Shown in pieces: positions 12,601-23,428 of a DNA stretch of 64,000 nt. The notes under the pieces are model-generated. The model had not been told where the DNA came from and made no database searches. It saw only the letters and a list, made by a program, of their open reading frames with translations. The stretch spans positions 32,716 through 96,715 of the forward strand of contig NMRA01000472.1 in the NCBI GenBank assembly GCA_002633005.1, written 5' to 3'. The translations under genes and the position numbers were made by a program. Origin of the DNA: Phoronis australis (taxonomy: Eukaryota; Animalia; Phoronida). Every line of letters begins with the position of its first letter. Within the stretch, counting starts at the first letter, position 1.

Positions 12601-13248
12601 TTTGTTTAAAAACAGCAACTGCAGAGGCTGTGGGTTCCATTTAGTATTGGGACTGATTTCAAATTCATGATTGCCGTTGGCAATGTCAGTTTAACAATTC
12701 GTAAAACAGGAAATATGGCACTGTGAACAAGTTGCACAACGCAAGCACTGTATGTCTGACAGACAGAATCACTGCTGTCCTAGTTTTACAACCCGTTTAT
12801 GGTATCTTTGCTCAAGTGGGACAAAATGCGTGAGCGCACGCCTTTACGCAGACTGGTTGACGTTTTCGTAAATTGCTCAGTAGGCCACCAATTTCGGTTT
12901 GAGAAACTGCTACTTTTATTAATTTCATTTGTTAGACTAGTAAATAGTAAAACATGCCAAAATTATCAAAAGGTATTTGAAAGGTGCATTCCAATGATCA
13001 TGCGCCCTGCATACATTTCATCGTCCAATCTGAACACACTTAGTATTCTTTCCGAAGTATTAGTACTGCATATTAAAATAAGTTGAGCTAATAATATTTC
13101 ACTCTCTTCCTCAAACTTAACACTGGACACTGTTCACCTTAGTGTGTGTAGTAGGCGATGCATCGTTTGCGACACACCAATTTTGATCTACGAAGCAGAC
13201 GATACATAAGATAATCACATGGACAATGGTCTAAAGATTCATGCTGCT

Positions 13249-13833
13249 TTACATTGTGCTAGTGAGATCGCTTTTTGCAAAATCCTTTTCTTGAGTCGTA
13301 GTTAATTCGGCGTCGACCATGTGTTGATCCGCATCCCTTTTCTTTGCTATTTGGTATAAAGTATGTCGACATAAGATGATAGAAGACATGGCCACTATAA
13401 TTTCTATCAAGCCAATAATGGCTTGCACAATGTGAAGGGGGCTGTAGCTAACTGTAACGTCTAGGTGTTGATAGGAGCGCGGAACAGAATAATACATAGA
13501 TTCTACGAAAAGTACTAGCGCTGCGAGTACAGCAACAGAAGCTGCCGCCACGTGTCGCCAAAGTGGTCGTGTGTCGTATGCACACGCTGCCTTGTAACCT
13601 GTGAATCCACTTGGTAGGAAAAAGAGCACCGTCCAGATTTCTATGAGAGCGGTATCTGCCAAAGGAACGTTGAATACGCTTACAATTATCAAGCCGTTAA
13701 TGATTCCAGCAAAGATGTCGACGAACTGAACCAGTGACAATCTGTAAACGTGAGATCCGTCGTCTGGTAAGAGATATTTCGCTGATTTAGCCGATTGTGC
13801 GTCAGCGTCGAGTTTATCTGGAGAAGAAGTCAT
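13249..13833 (-). CDS. CD20/MS4A-like four-transmembrane protein, paralog A (194 aa from ATG 13833)
   Basis: Intact ORF with four hydrophobic segments. TM2 IEIWTVLFFLPSGFTG resembles the MS4A W-x-G-x-x-F-x-x-SG motif; TM4 carries a Glu (IIGLIEII). Aligns with the two neighbouring ORFs. Confidence 0.75.
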   Translation of the reverse strand: MTSSPDKLDADAQSAKSAKYLLPDDGSHVYRLSLVQFVDIFAGIINGLIIVSVFNVPLADTALIEIWTVLFFLPSGFTGYKAACAYDTRPLWRHVAAASVAVLAALVLFVESMYYSVPRSYQHLDVTVSYSPLHIVQAIIGLIEIIVAMSSIILCRHTLYQIAKKRDADQHMVDAELTTTQEKDFAKSDLTSTM

Positions 13834-14464
13834 TTGCACCACTCACCACTTCACTCTGTATTTGCAACGTTGCTATTACCTTATTGCGTTTAAAATTTTC
13901 ATCCGAAGAGTATATCTAGCACAAAAAATCAAGCTGACAATTCTAAGTTGATTGACAACTTTGCTACATAAGCTGAGGAGGAATGAAAGAGAAGTTCGAA
14001 CTCCACATTCAGTACTCGTTACGACGAGAAAAAAATGGCGTGAAAACTTACTTTCGAGTTGCATTCTCGCAACAAAAGTATAGTGTTGTTCAAAACGTGC
14101 GTTTGACGGCAGCATTAATATGCATGCGTCTGCTGTGACATCTCAACTACTCTATTTGACAACAATTCTCTTTGTTTTTACGTCATTTAACGCTATCAGT
14201 CAAATCATAATCTATGGTCAAATATGAAATTCTTTGCGACATTTTATCTACGTCACGGACATAACCTTTCCTTGTTTGTCCACTTTTGTTTGCGTACAAG
14301 GTGAAGATTTCAATGTCCGGTTGCATGAAACAGTGCCAAATAGCAATACTATTTGATGTGAATTTGTGTCGCTGTGACCTCCTTTTCGACTAATGACATT
14401 TTCTAATAATATAACTAAGTTTAATGAAAACAACTAGGGATTTGTTACTCAGATTGGGGGGGAT

Positions 14465-14843
14465 TGTTCTAAAAACCGCCCGACACACACGACCCCTCGA
14501 CCCACAACCCCCACGACCGACGACCCACAATATACTCCATGTAACGTTGAGATACTTTTTAGTGACTGAAGAGCAGACGAGACGACTACACTCCGTCGGG
14601 AACGACATTTGTAGAGTTGGCGAAGTGTTTTGATTTGATTTGGTCTCGTTGTTGTTTTTTCCATTAATTGCAAAAACAAGGAAAAGCCAGCCGAGCTCAC
14701 GGCCAGATTCGTTGGTTCTGTAAGTCAGCGCTTGTTCTATGTTCAGGTCTAGTCGAGCTTGTGTAGACTGTGTAGAGGGGGTTGTGGGCCGTGGGTCGAG
14801 AGGGTCGTAGGTCGTGGGGATCGAGGGATCTGAGAACAATCTG
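14465..14843. mobile_element. Palindromic MITE-like element
   Basis: gattgttct...cgacccctcgacccacaacccc is mirrored by ggggttgtgggccgtgggtcgagagggtcg...agaacaatc. Confidence 0.55.
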
Positions 14844-15679
14844 ATTAGGGGCGTTACATGAAAAGATCTCTATTTGTTTAAATAATATTGAGAATTAAAC
14901 GTTCACTCTCGATTTGTATCAACGGTTAGTAGTGACATTAAAATAGCTTAAGAAAGGACAACCAGTGTAAAGATTTAGGGAACTTGGTTGAATCCCGATT
15001 TGGGTTTGTTACAGGCATCCAGGCCCGGAAGAGCTTGATATTTTAATAAATTTATTAGATTTTGAGGTAACCGCCAACACTACGGTGCAAGAACCAAATT
15101 ATCCTGGTGGAGGTCAAATCTCCAACAAGGATATGACATGCATCCATGTGCCAACATTCTCAATCTCGAGATTCGTAGTGTTAATATAAACAGAAAAAAA
15201 CTCCAGTTATTATCCACTCCAGGAAAAGTAGGAAGTGGACGGACGACAAAATTAGATTTCGTGTGTGGGTTCGGACCACAATCTAGATTGTGACGAACTC
15301 TGTGGTAGTTTACTTTGCAATCCAGGCAAGTTCCGTCATAAAAGGTGATGTGGAACACTGCAAATTACACGAAAACGTCCACGCCATCCAGCAAAACAGG
15401 ACCCCATTGTTGTATTATAGGAGGCTGCCAACCTCTTGACCAATTCCACTTGTTCTTCATCATGAGAGATAGCACAACATCATTTTTCAAAGTGCATAAT
15501 CTTTTCTGAAAGAGCTCCAAAGAATTTAACATCTGATATTGAAAAAGATAAATTGAATTCGCTTTTGTTGCTATTTGAGGTGATAAATTAAAATTGATAC
15601 GTGATGTTTTACATAAAAAATTAAAACTCTTGTCAAAGAGTTATTTTGTTGCTTCGAGTCAATCCCTTGAGCAGGACTG

Positions 15680-16993
15680 TCATGTCAAATCGAGATTTAT
15701 TGATCGGTTTTCCGGTTCCGCGTTCAAATTCTGCATATCCAAAATGTTCATTCCGGGTTCAGGAGTATCAGGTCTGAAGATTTTAGAAGCTGGTGTGCTG
15801 TCCTTCAAGTCTTCAAGTTCAAGTGTTTCGGATGAACTGTTGCGTTCGGTTAGCGATGAGGAGTCTGGTCCTCTGTTATTATCTGTTCTGTTAAAGACGC
15901 AATTGGCTTGGTCAGATTCATTGAACGGACAAACTACCTGATTTCGGCACGATTCAGTTTCAGCCTGACGTTGCACTGTCTTCGCATTCTCGGATAGAGC
16001 AATGGGCCTCCCAGTAGATTTACATATTATTGTGGGCGTCCTTGGAATATTTTGACGTTGGTCAGCTTGCCATTGCTCTGTCGTTGATTTTTCGGCTAAA
16101 ACAACCGGCTTCCCACTAGATCTACATATCTTTGTGGTTGTCTTTATCTCAACTGGAGTAGTTGGAGTGTTTTGTTGCTGTTCAACTTGTCCTTGTAATG
16201 TCTTTTGGTTTTCGGATGAACAGACGAGATCCGCAGTGATTTTACTGGTCTTTTGTGGAACCTTGTCGGGTACCTGATCTCGAGAAGGTGAGACATCTTG
16301 ACATTGAGCTCGTACATGTGCGGTTCCTGGAAACATATTTTTGTCCTGTATCAAACGGTCAGTGTCCAGTGGTTCACTTTCTTTTGACACGCTGAGAACT
16401 GGGGGTTCTACTTGAGCAATCACATAGTCTAATTTCGCTGAATATTCTGCGCCAACAACGACTGAACTAGTAGAGTCGTTAGGCTCTCCAAACGATTCCG
16501 GCTTCTGGATCACTTTCTCCCCTGTTGCTTTACATGTGATTTCAGTCTGTGTTCCACTATGTGACGCTCTCATCACGTGGAGGCATACAATGATAGACAT
16601 AACAGAAGTTATCAGTTCGATGATTCCAAACACTGTCAGTGGTATATGTGGTTCGCTATACCCAACGTCCTTGCCGTTGACTACTGACGACTCCGTCAAA
16701 AGGGACCCGCCGAAAATCAACAAGCCAGAACAACAACAGGAAATGACCGATAGAGCAAGATGGTTGATGACGTCTGTGCGCCTGCTAGCGCGTGCTGCCA
16801 CGAAGCCCATTCCTCCAGTGACGACAAAAAATGGCCCCGTCCATAGTTCCAGCGCACCAGTTCTTTCTGGTTTTAGTACTCCTTCAAAGGATATAAACAT
16901 TCCAGTAAGAAGACTGAGTAATCCCATAAACACATGGATGACAGATAGTGCCAAAACCGTTCCCGGGGGAACATGTAACGTCTGCGGTGGCAT
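15680..16993 (-). CDS. CD20/MS4A-like four-transmembrane protein, paralog B (437 aa from ATG 16993), long polar C-terminal tail
   Basis: 1.3-kb open frame: LALSVIHVFMG (TM1), GALELWTGPFFVVTGGMG (TM2), HLALSVISCCCSGLL (TM3), YSEPHIPLTVFGIIELI (TM4). Acceptor tcttgtttcttacag lies 13 nt before the ATG. Confidence 0.85.
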   Translation of the reverse strand: MPPQTLHVPPGTVLALSVIHVFMGLLSLLTGMFISFEGVLKPERTGALELWTGPFFVVTGGMGFVAARASRRTDVINHLALSVISCCCSGLLIFGGSLLTESSVVNGKDVGYSEPHIPLTVFGIIELITSVMSIIVCLHVMRASHSGTQTEITCKATGEKVIQKPESFGEPNDSTSSVVVGAEYSAKLDYVIAQVEPPVLSVSKESEPLDTDRLIQDKNMFPGTAHVRAQCQDVSPSRDQVPDKVPQKTSKITADLVCSSENQKTLQGQVEQQQNTPTTPVEIKTTTKICRSSGKPVVLAEKSTTEQWQADQRQNIPRTPTIICKSTGRPIALSENAKTVQRQAETESCRNQVVCPFNESDQANCVFNRTDNNRGPDSSSLTERNSSSETLELEDLKDSTPASKIFRPDTPEPGMNILDMQNLNAEPENRSINLDLT

Positions 16994-17894
16994 TATGTTG
17001 TCTTTTCTGTAAGAAACAAGATAGCTGTTTGGTAAGCGTTTTCCTTTTAACATTTGGAGTTATTGACTGGTCAATCGGACAAATCAACGATTCTGTCAAA
17101 AAAGTTCCAACCCGTCTTTACTGTCAATTAGAATCCGATATTGATCCGAAGACGCTTTCAAAATTAGGGTATGGCTAAACACTATAAGGACGCGTTGCCT
17201 TATACAAAAAATCTTGAACAGTCGAATAGTGAGCTTCAAAAACTGGTCTCACTGGGGTAAAAATTCTCGTTTTAGTTGTTAAATATCTGGCTTCTAACGC
17301 TATTTTAGTTTCACTAAACATTTAACTAAATTGCCATAAAAGACTCTACATGTTAGCCAGTCCCATAATTTTATACAGCAGAACGTGAAAATATGCTATG
17401 CATAAGTGTTTGAACTTTCGTCTTCACGGCAGGCTGAGTTTCCTAAAGACTGCTACAGCGAGCTGTACCGCTCACACTGTCGTGAGAAGTTGAATTGTTA
17501 ACAAGCTTCTGTCGATTGTTTCAAGAACGCACTCACTTTGAATACACTCAATAAACCTCAGAATGTCGCGTTGACTATTGCCCTGTTGCTCACTGCTAAA
17601 CGCTGTATAGCAACGCCATCACACACCAAGATGCCAATGTCGAATAATATCTGACGTCATGTCATTATTGATTAAACGGGCTTGACGCGCCACTGCTAAT
17701 ACGTTTCAAATTAGAGCTTCACTTGCTATGCACTGGATGACTAACACTCTCGAGCTTGTCCTGCTATAAATTGCTGGAAGATGTCGCTTTCGGTTGCTCA
17801 GTGTCCGCTCTATTCTCAACATCTTTTAAATGTTCACTGTTTGAAATGCTGGAGGTTTCAATTTTTAGTTCCTCATTGTCTTAAAATTTTCACA

Positions 17895-18020
17895 CCTGCC
17901 TCCCGTTCAGTAAAGCTAGGATCTCGCTCACAAGTAAGACTTCGCGAGATTACGGGTGACATTACTGTGTATTTTAAATGAGAACAGGTGACTTTGACTA
18001 GATTTTGGCTAGGTCCTAGC
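17895..18020 (+). repeat. Dispersed repeat (copies at 22205-22310 on + and 62920-63040 on -)
   Basis: Shared core aagacttcgcgagattacg...gtgtattttaaatgaga.cacgtgactttg..tagatttt. Confidence 0.7.
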
Positions 18021-18033
18021 GTAAGTCCTAGCG

Positions 18034-19047
18034 TTACTGAACACACGCCTGGTCTAAATCGGTCGAAACCCCACTGTACACCTTGTAGCCAGAGTCCTCA
18101 ATGGGTATAAGATGAAGAGCAACATCACCAGGTCCGAGGGTTAGAGCGCCTGCGGACGACTGGGCATCCACGGCTGAAGATTTGCGATGGCCTTTACTAT
18201 CGAAGAGGTCGCTCGTTGTCTCGACAATGGGCTTATTTTCAGTACCCATAGCCGAATTAGGAACTGTGTGGTCCGTACTCGTCGTAGAAGCGTTTGCAAC
18301 AGTATAAGGTATAAAAGTATCCTTTGCATTCTGTCTGCCGTCGTCACAAATAGATGTCTTTTTTGCAACGTCAACATATTCTTTGTCTATGTCGTTGACT
18401 GATGATGCAGCGCGTGACCTTCGACCATTTCTTGATACTGGCGAAGCGCCTTTGTGCGAAGTTTGCCGTCCGTAAGTTTCTGTGTATCCAGGTGAAGGCA
18501 ATCTAGATAAACGCGGATGCTCTTTAGTCCTGTTTTCCGAGGGTGGGTATACTACCCTTCCAGACATTCTGCACACTATTTCCTTCTCTTGTTCAGCGTT
18601 CGCTTTTGACAGCGACCTGTGACAAACCAAGATAGACAGAATGGAGCAGATGAATTCAATGAACGCGAATGCTGCCAATGGAATATGTGGCTCACTGTAC
18701 TGTAGTCTGGTGTCTTCTGCCACTACCGATGCGGTTGCATCCACTAGTAAGGCGCAACCAACCATTAATAGCCCGGCCAAGAAACAGGAAAGAACGGCCA
18801 AAGCTAAATAACTCGTGACATTTACACGAGTCTTTAGGCGCAATGCAACAATGCCCATTATACCGGTAACGACAAAGAAAGGCCCTATCCACAACTCCAA
18901 TGCCCCTGCTTTGTTCACATCTAATGCTCCTGACACACTTAAAAAGACAGCCGTGGTCAAACACAGAATGCCCATGGAGACATGGATCATAGACAACGAC
19001 AGCATGCTACCACGAGGAACGTGTACGTTTCGCTTAAAAGGTTCCAT
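18034..19047 (-). CDS. CD20/MS4A-like four-transmembrane protein, paralog C (337 aa from ATG 19047)
   Basis: Clear paralog of 15680-16993 (HVPRG, LSMIHVSMG, GALELWIGPFFVVTGIMG, YSEPHIPL, IVCRMSG); unrelated polar tail. Confidence 0.85.
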   Translation of the reverse strand: MEPFKRNVHVPRGSMLSLSMIHVSMGILCLTTAVFLSVSGALDVNKAGALELWIGPFFVVTGIMGIVALRLKTRVNVTSYLALAVLSCFLAGLLMVGCALLVDATASVVAEDTRLQYSEPHIPLAAFAFIEFICSILSILVCHRSLSKANAEQEKEIVCRMSGRVVYPPSENRTKEHPRLSRLPSPGYTETYGRQTSHKGASPVSRNGRRSRAASSVNDIDKEYVDVAKKTSICDDGRQNAKDTFIPYTVANASTTSTDHTVPNSAMGTENKPIVETTSDLFDSKGHRKSSAVDAQSSAGALTLGPGDVALHLIPIEDSGYKVYSGVSTDLDQACVQ

Positions 19048-19810
19048 TTTTTGTTTGGACAATTCCTGTAGACTTCAAAACAAATTAAGCTAAAGTAATT
19101 AGGTCACCGTGTTTACGATGAAAGTCTCTTTCCAGTACTTTGGTCTGGATATGCTGTTGACAAATAGGTCGGTGTTAAAATGCCTACTTTGACGTTCATA
19201 AATCTTCCCACGTACAAGAAATGTGATTCACAATTAATGCTTTTATAGCATAAGGTGCGATCTGATTTCACGTGAAGATTGAAAGTTGTCATATCATTTG
19301 TGAAGAATAAGACTCGTTCACGCGAATCTTTTTCAGGATTTTTTTTCCGGAATGTATTCCGAATATTTTTTTGCAAACGTGCAAAAGAGTGAAAAAAGCC
19401 AATAATTCCCCAAAATCCGCAAAAAAGATTCCCATGAATGGGTAAACCGTACCAGTTAATCTGATGGCTTCGACACGTTCATCCATACATAGCATCAGAC
19501 TATCCAACGTATGCACATTTAATTCGGACGTGTAGTAATGACGTATCTACCACTAATACGCCGCGACTTGGACCTACACTTAGGAATGGACTTGCACAGT
19601 CACATCACATTTTCAATAATTTTGCACGTCTTGGACTTCTTTCCAAGTCAGGTAAACAAGGATGAACTTGTGTTTCGACAACGGTTGAACCCATTGCAAG
19701 CTACCAAAGAGTTGAGAAGGATAACGATTGACCGGGTTCTAATCATTTTACTCGAAATGTAACTCGACATTATATTTGGCATTTTCTATTTTACTTTTGT
19801 GCGAGCTTAA

Positions 19811-21139
19811 AGGCGAAGGAAACCTTTTTCATGTCATTTTTAGCAAAAATAAGGTTCCTTTATTATCCCAGACATATTTTTCAGTTATTTACAGCTTTTC
19901 GTAATTTAATTAATTACTCGTCGTCCACTCCGGAAGTGACGTTTTGGGAGGCAAGAATTTCGCGCCAATTTCGTTTCATATAGTTTGAGTGTGAGAGCAG
20001 TCGAGTCAATCATTGTTCTACCTTGGTTGTGATAAGTTCGGTCGTCGTTTGCTTTTGTTTACGAGTCAGTCAACATGCCATGCTGTTGCTGCGTACTGGG
20101 ATGTACTCATTATCGTCTCACGTACAGAGGAAGAACTGTCCCACTTATTTGCCCGAGTGTCCCGCGACACACTCCCACTGGAGGGTGATCTGAGCACTCA
20201 AACTGCTTACATCCCGCCGTGTGACTCCCTCGCCACACACCTGGCACCTTCTAAATAGTTCCAATACAAGTCCACAATAAACTTATCAAACTTAAGCTCA
20301 CCGATCTGTTCATTGGATGACGAACTGTCCTCTTCACTGGGTGTCGAATTCGGCCTGCATTCACTCCCACTACTCAACATCGCTGCAGGGCTGCTTACAG
20401 GCTCTGGGCTAGATACAACAGCAAAGAGTGAATCACTGCTAGTTCACGGAATTGCAAGCTATGGGGTACGTTCGGAGGCACGGAGGACAGTAGATGAAGT
20501 GCCACCAGTCACTGCATATAGTGGCCACAGTTCGCGAGGCTTCTCGCTTCAAAAACGCACTTCTCGGGAGTGGCCCCGGGAATCAACAGCGACGGTAGCC
20601 TATGGCACCCTTCTTCAGGCGTTGTTTCTCAGGGACCTTCATCAATTCAGCGTACATATCTCTGTCGTAATCTGACGGCAGAAAATGTTTGCTACACACT
20701 CGGTAACCCTCCTCTGCTTTGTACGTTGCGTGGACGGTTAGCGCTGCGTTTTTCACACGAACGAGCTAGTCAAGTACGACGAAGTGTGTCGTCCTTTGGA
20801 AAGCGATGCAAGGTACCCAAAGCGCATGTGAGACGAACACGAGTACATCCCGGCACGCAGCAGCAGCGTGGCATGTTGTCTGACTCGTAAACAAAAGCAA
20901 ACGACGACCGCACTAATCACAACTGAGGTAGAACAATTACTGACTCGACAGCTCTCATAGTCAGACTATATGAAAAGAAATCGGCGCGAAATTCTTGCCT
21001 CCCAAAACGTCACATCCAGAGTAGAGGACGATAAATTATCCAAATTACAAAAAGCTGAAATTAAGTGAAAATGTGTCTGGGATAATCAAAGAACCTTATT
21101 TTTGCTAAAAGTGACATGAAAAAAAGGTTGCCTTCGCCT
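19811..21139. mobile_element. Non-autonomous Kolobok-like DNA transposon with about 300-bp TIRs and a THAP remnant
   Basis: TTAA|AGGCGAAGG...CCTTCGCCT|TTAA. A TTAA TSD with RR...YY ends fits Kolobok rather than piggyBac. Confidence 0.8.
20585..20874 (-). pseudogene. Disrupted THAP zinc-finger domain (transposase N-terminus)
   Basis: MPRCCCVPGC...LHRFPKDDTLRRT*LAR / RVCSKHFLPSDY...RLKKGAI matches the THAP C2CH signature, with a W-to-stop change and frameshifts. Confidence 0.8.
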
Positions 21140-21169
21140 TTAAGATAAGTGTCTATTATACCACAATAT

Positions 21170-21295
21170 CAGCGTCGAATGGCAGATACAACCGTGTGAG
21201 ATACCATTCTGGCGGGAAACGGAGGCCGGATTCGAACTTGGGCAGCACGTGTTTCGAGTCGTCGACTTTACCACTGCACCACTCAGCGGTTGCCG
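21170..21295 (-). mobile_element. tRNA-derived SINE 5' region
   Basis: A box TGGTGCAGTGG (21281-21271) and B box GTTCGAATCC (21237-21228); no intact cloverleaf. Confidence 0.6.
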
Positions 21296-22433
21296 TCATC
21301 CAACGTGAAAGTAGAATACTTAAATGAGCACGCGCAACAATCGCATGTTCAGCAAAGGGCATTGTATCGACACTTATGCGCTATGAAATATAAGACGCAT
21401 AATTTCCATAAAAACGATATTTCATTTCAGTGAAAATTTTCTTTCATGTTCTCTCACTTGTAAATCACCAATCTCCAATTTGAATGCGGGTATCGTGTCG
21501 TCCTGATCCTTTGACTGGAGCATTATACTCGGTTACCAGTGGTAACCTACTTTAGCAGACGATATTTTCCCGGTCGAAGCTTAGCGTGATAAAATGTGTA
21601 GTAACCTATAATAGTTGCTAAGCCTTAATTTATTGATTCACTTTATTTCTCCTTAAATTTTCAACTGATTTTGAGTAAAAGCATTATTTGACAAAAATAG
21701 CTCAGCTTTTCTTAATAGGTCACGACCTCCGACCCCAGGCCTCTGACATAGAAAGTAGTTACAAAGCCCAGGCTAGTCGAGAAAGGTAGATCGATTCATT
21801 GCAATGTTTCTTGTTCAGTATGTAGTATAAATAGATTATTACATATTCTCAGTCGTTATCCCCCTTATTTGAGTCCTCGAGCGATAATTCTCCAAAATCC
21901 ACTCGGGCTCTAGATAACGGGGGATAACGACTTCGCCATGTAATATTTATTCTACGCTCGAGTACATAATATCTTACGTGGATAATTGTTAGGCATAGTT
22001 TGCAATTGATAAACCCAACATTAAGGCTAAAAGTTGGAGTTTGACCACAAAATTTCGAGTTTTTACTCGAGTTTGCAGCACAAATATAAGGGTCATGAAG
22101 CACAAACATAATTTCGAGTTCGTTTCGAGTAAAAAGATTAGATTCCTGGATCTGGTCAAAGTCTTTTGAAATTTAAAGTGCTACGTAAGCCTGAGTAGAG
22201 TTCAAAAACACTAGGACCTCGCTACAGAAGCAAGACTTCTCCAGATTACGCGAGATATTGTTGTGTATTTTAAATGAGAACACGTGATTTTGGCTAGATT
22301 TTTCTAGTACTGACACAGGTACTGAACTCTCAGACCTAATTATTATTGTTGTTTTAAGTTTGGCATTTAATTTCATTTAAGTGGGCGCAAAACGTTAAGA
22401 CGATGTCATACTAAACAGCATAGTAGCTTTTAA

Positions 22434-22628
22434 TTATTGTAGCAAGCCAACCGCCAAGTTATCAAGTTCAGGGACACCGTGTGTAGCTCTAACTACGAGA
22501 AATGTGGCAGAATCTAACTTCAGTGTGAGACCGTCATCCACATAACTCTTTGTCAAGGCATCTTGTGAATTAGCCGAGTCTAAAACATAGTTATTGTAAT
22601 GACTATCCACATGTAGTGACCAGTCCAT
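22434..22628 (-). mobile_element. Possible Polinton/Maverick-like viral fibre-repeat remnant
   Basis: MDWSLHVDSHYNNYVLDSANSQDALTKSYVD resembles the M-x-G-x-L-x-M...P-x4-DAATKxYVD trimeric fibre repeat. Confidence 0.4.
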
Positions 22629-23401
22629 TCCTTAACACAAAGTTGAATACCATAGCTTGAAGATATACTAATGTATATGTGTGTGCCTACTTGTTACTTG
22701 TGAGGTTTTCATAGTCTAAGGGACATAATATTCGAAGGGCAAATGAGGACATAACGTGTCTAGACAGATTGGAAGCATAGTCCCTCCAGATGGGAAGGAC
22801 GAACATTTAAATGAAGAGGAAGGACCCCAAATAGGAAGGACAGGCGATAAATGGGAAGGACAGAATCCAAAACTGGGCAGTAGGAACAATAAATGGGAAG
22901 AACGGATTGTGACCAGAACGACCATCCAAAATCATACGTACCAAATTAATTTGAATAATCAGAGTAAAAATGAACACTGGTCAGAGTTCAAAGATAAACG
23001 GAGATGTGGTCACAGCTAAAAAATCTATTTTTTTGTTAAATGTTTTAATACGAAAAACATGATGTAAAATAATTGGAGTTAATCCCAGAAAGCCTTAGAA
23101 CGACACACCCAATACGTATTCATTATTTATTAGTCATTTGATTTCTATAAATGCTGATTGTTACACACAGTACACAGTCAATATCGTTACCACCCCAGAC
23201 CATTTTAAAGATCCTTAGAGACTTTTACATCCGTAAAATAACCACTTACTCCAGCTGCTAAACAACAAAATTAAACCACATAAACCAAGATATCATTCAT
23301 CTAACTGTCACCACTAATAAGATTGATTTTATACTAATACAAACGAAGCTAAATGGAATATCCTCTTCTCTTCAATGTCTCAGTGAACCTCTTCCCAATA
23401 A

Positions 23402-23428
23402 CTATAGCGCCACACTGCAGGAGATGAA
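23402..23428 (-). CDS. Calpain terminal coding exon
   Basis: Acceptor ctttattttcag then FISCSVAL*; AATAAA on minus at 23131-23126. Confidence 0.75.
   Translation of the reverse strand, partial: FISCSVAL

Noticed and set aside
16994-17053. N-terminal extension MLKGKRLPNSYLVSYRKDNI of the 457-aa ORF (also the GTG/TTG starts of the other two paralogs)
   Set aside because: It overlaps a strong splice acceptor, and paralog alignment begins at the downstream ATG.
15594-19093. Plus-strand ORFs 15594-15941, 16536-17012, 18187-18402 and 18815-19093
   Set aside because: Antisense shadows of the real minus-strand tetraspan genes.
19807-21143. piggyBac assignment based on the TTAA target
   Set aside because: The ends are AGG...CCT rather than CC...GG, and a THAP domain is present; both fit Kolobok better.
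21215-21295. Possible tRNA gene
   Set aside because: A and B boxes are present but acceptor and T stems do not pair; treated as a SINE head.
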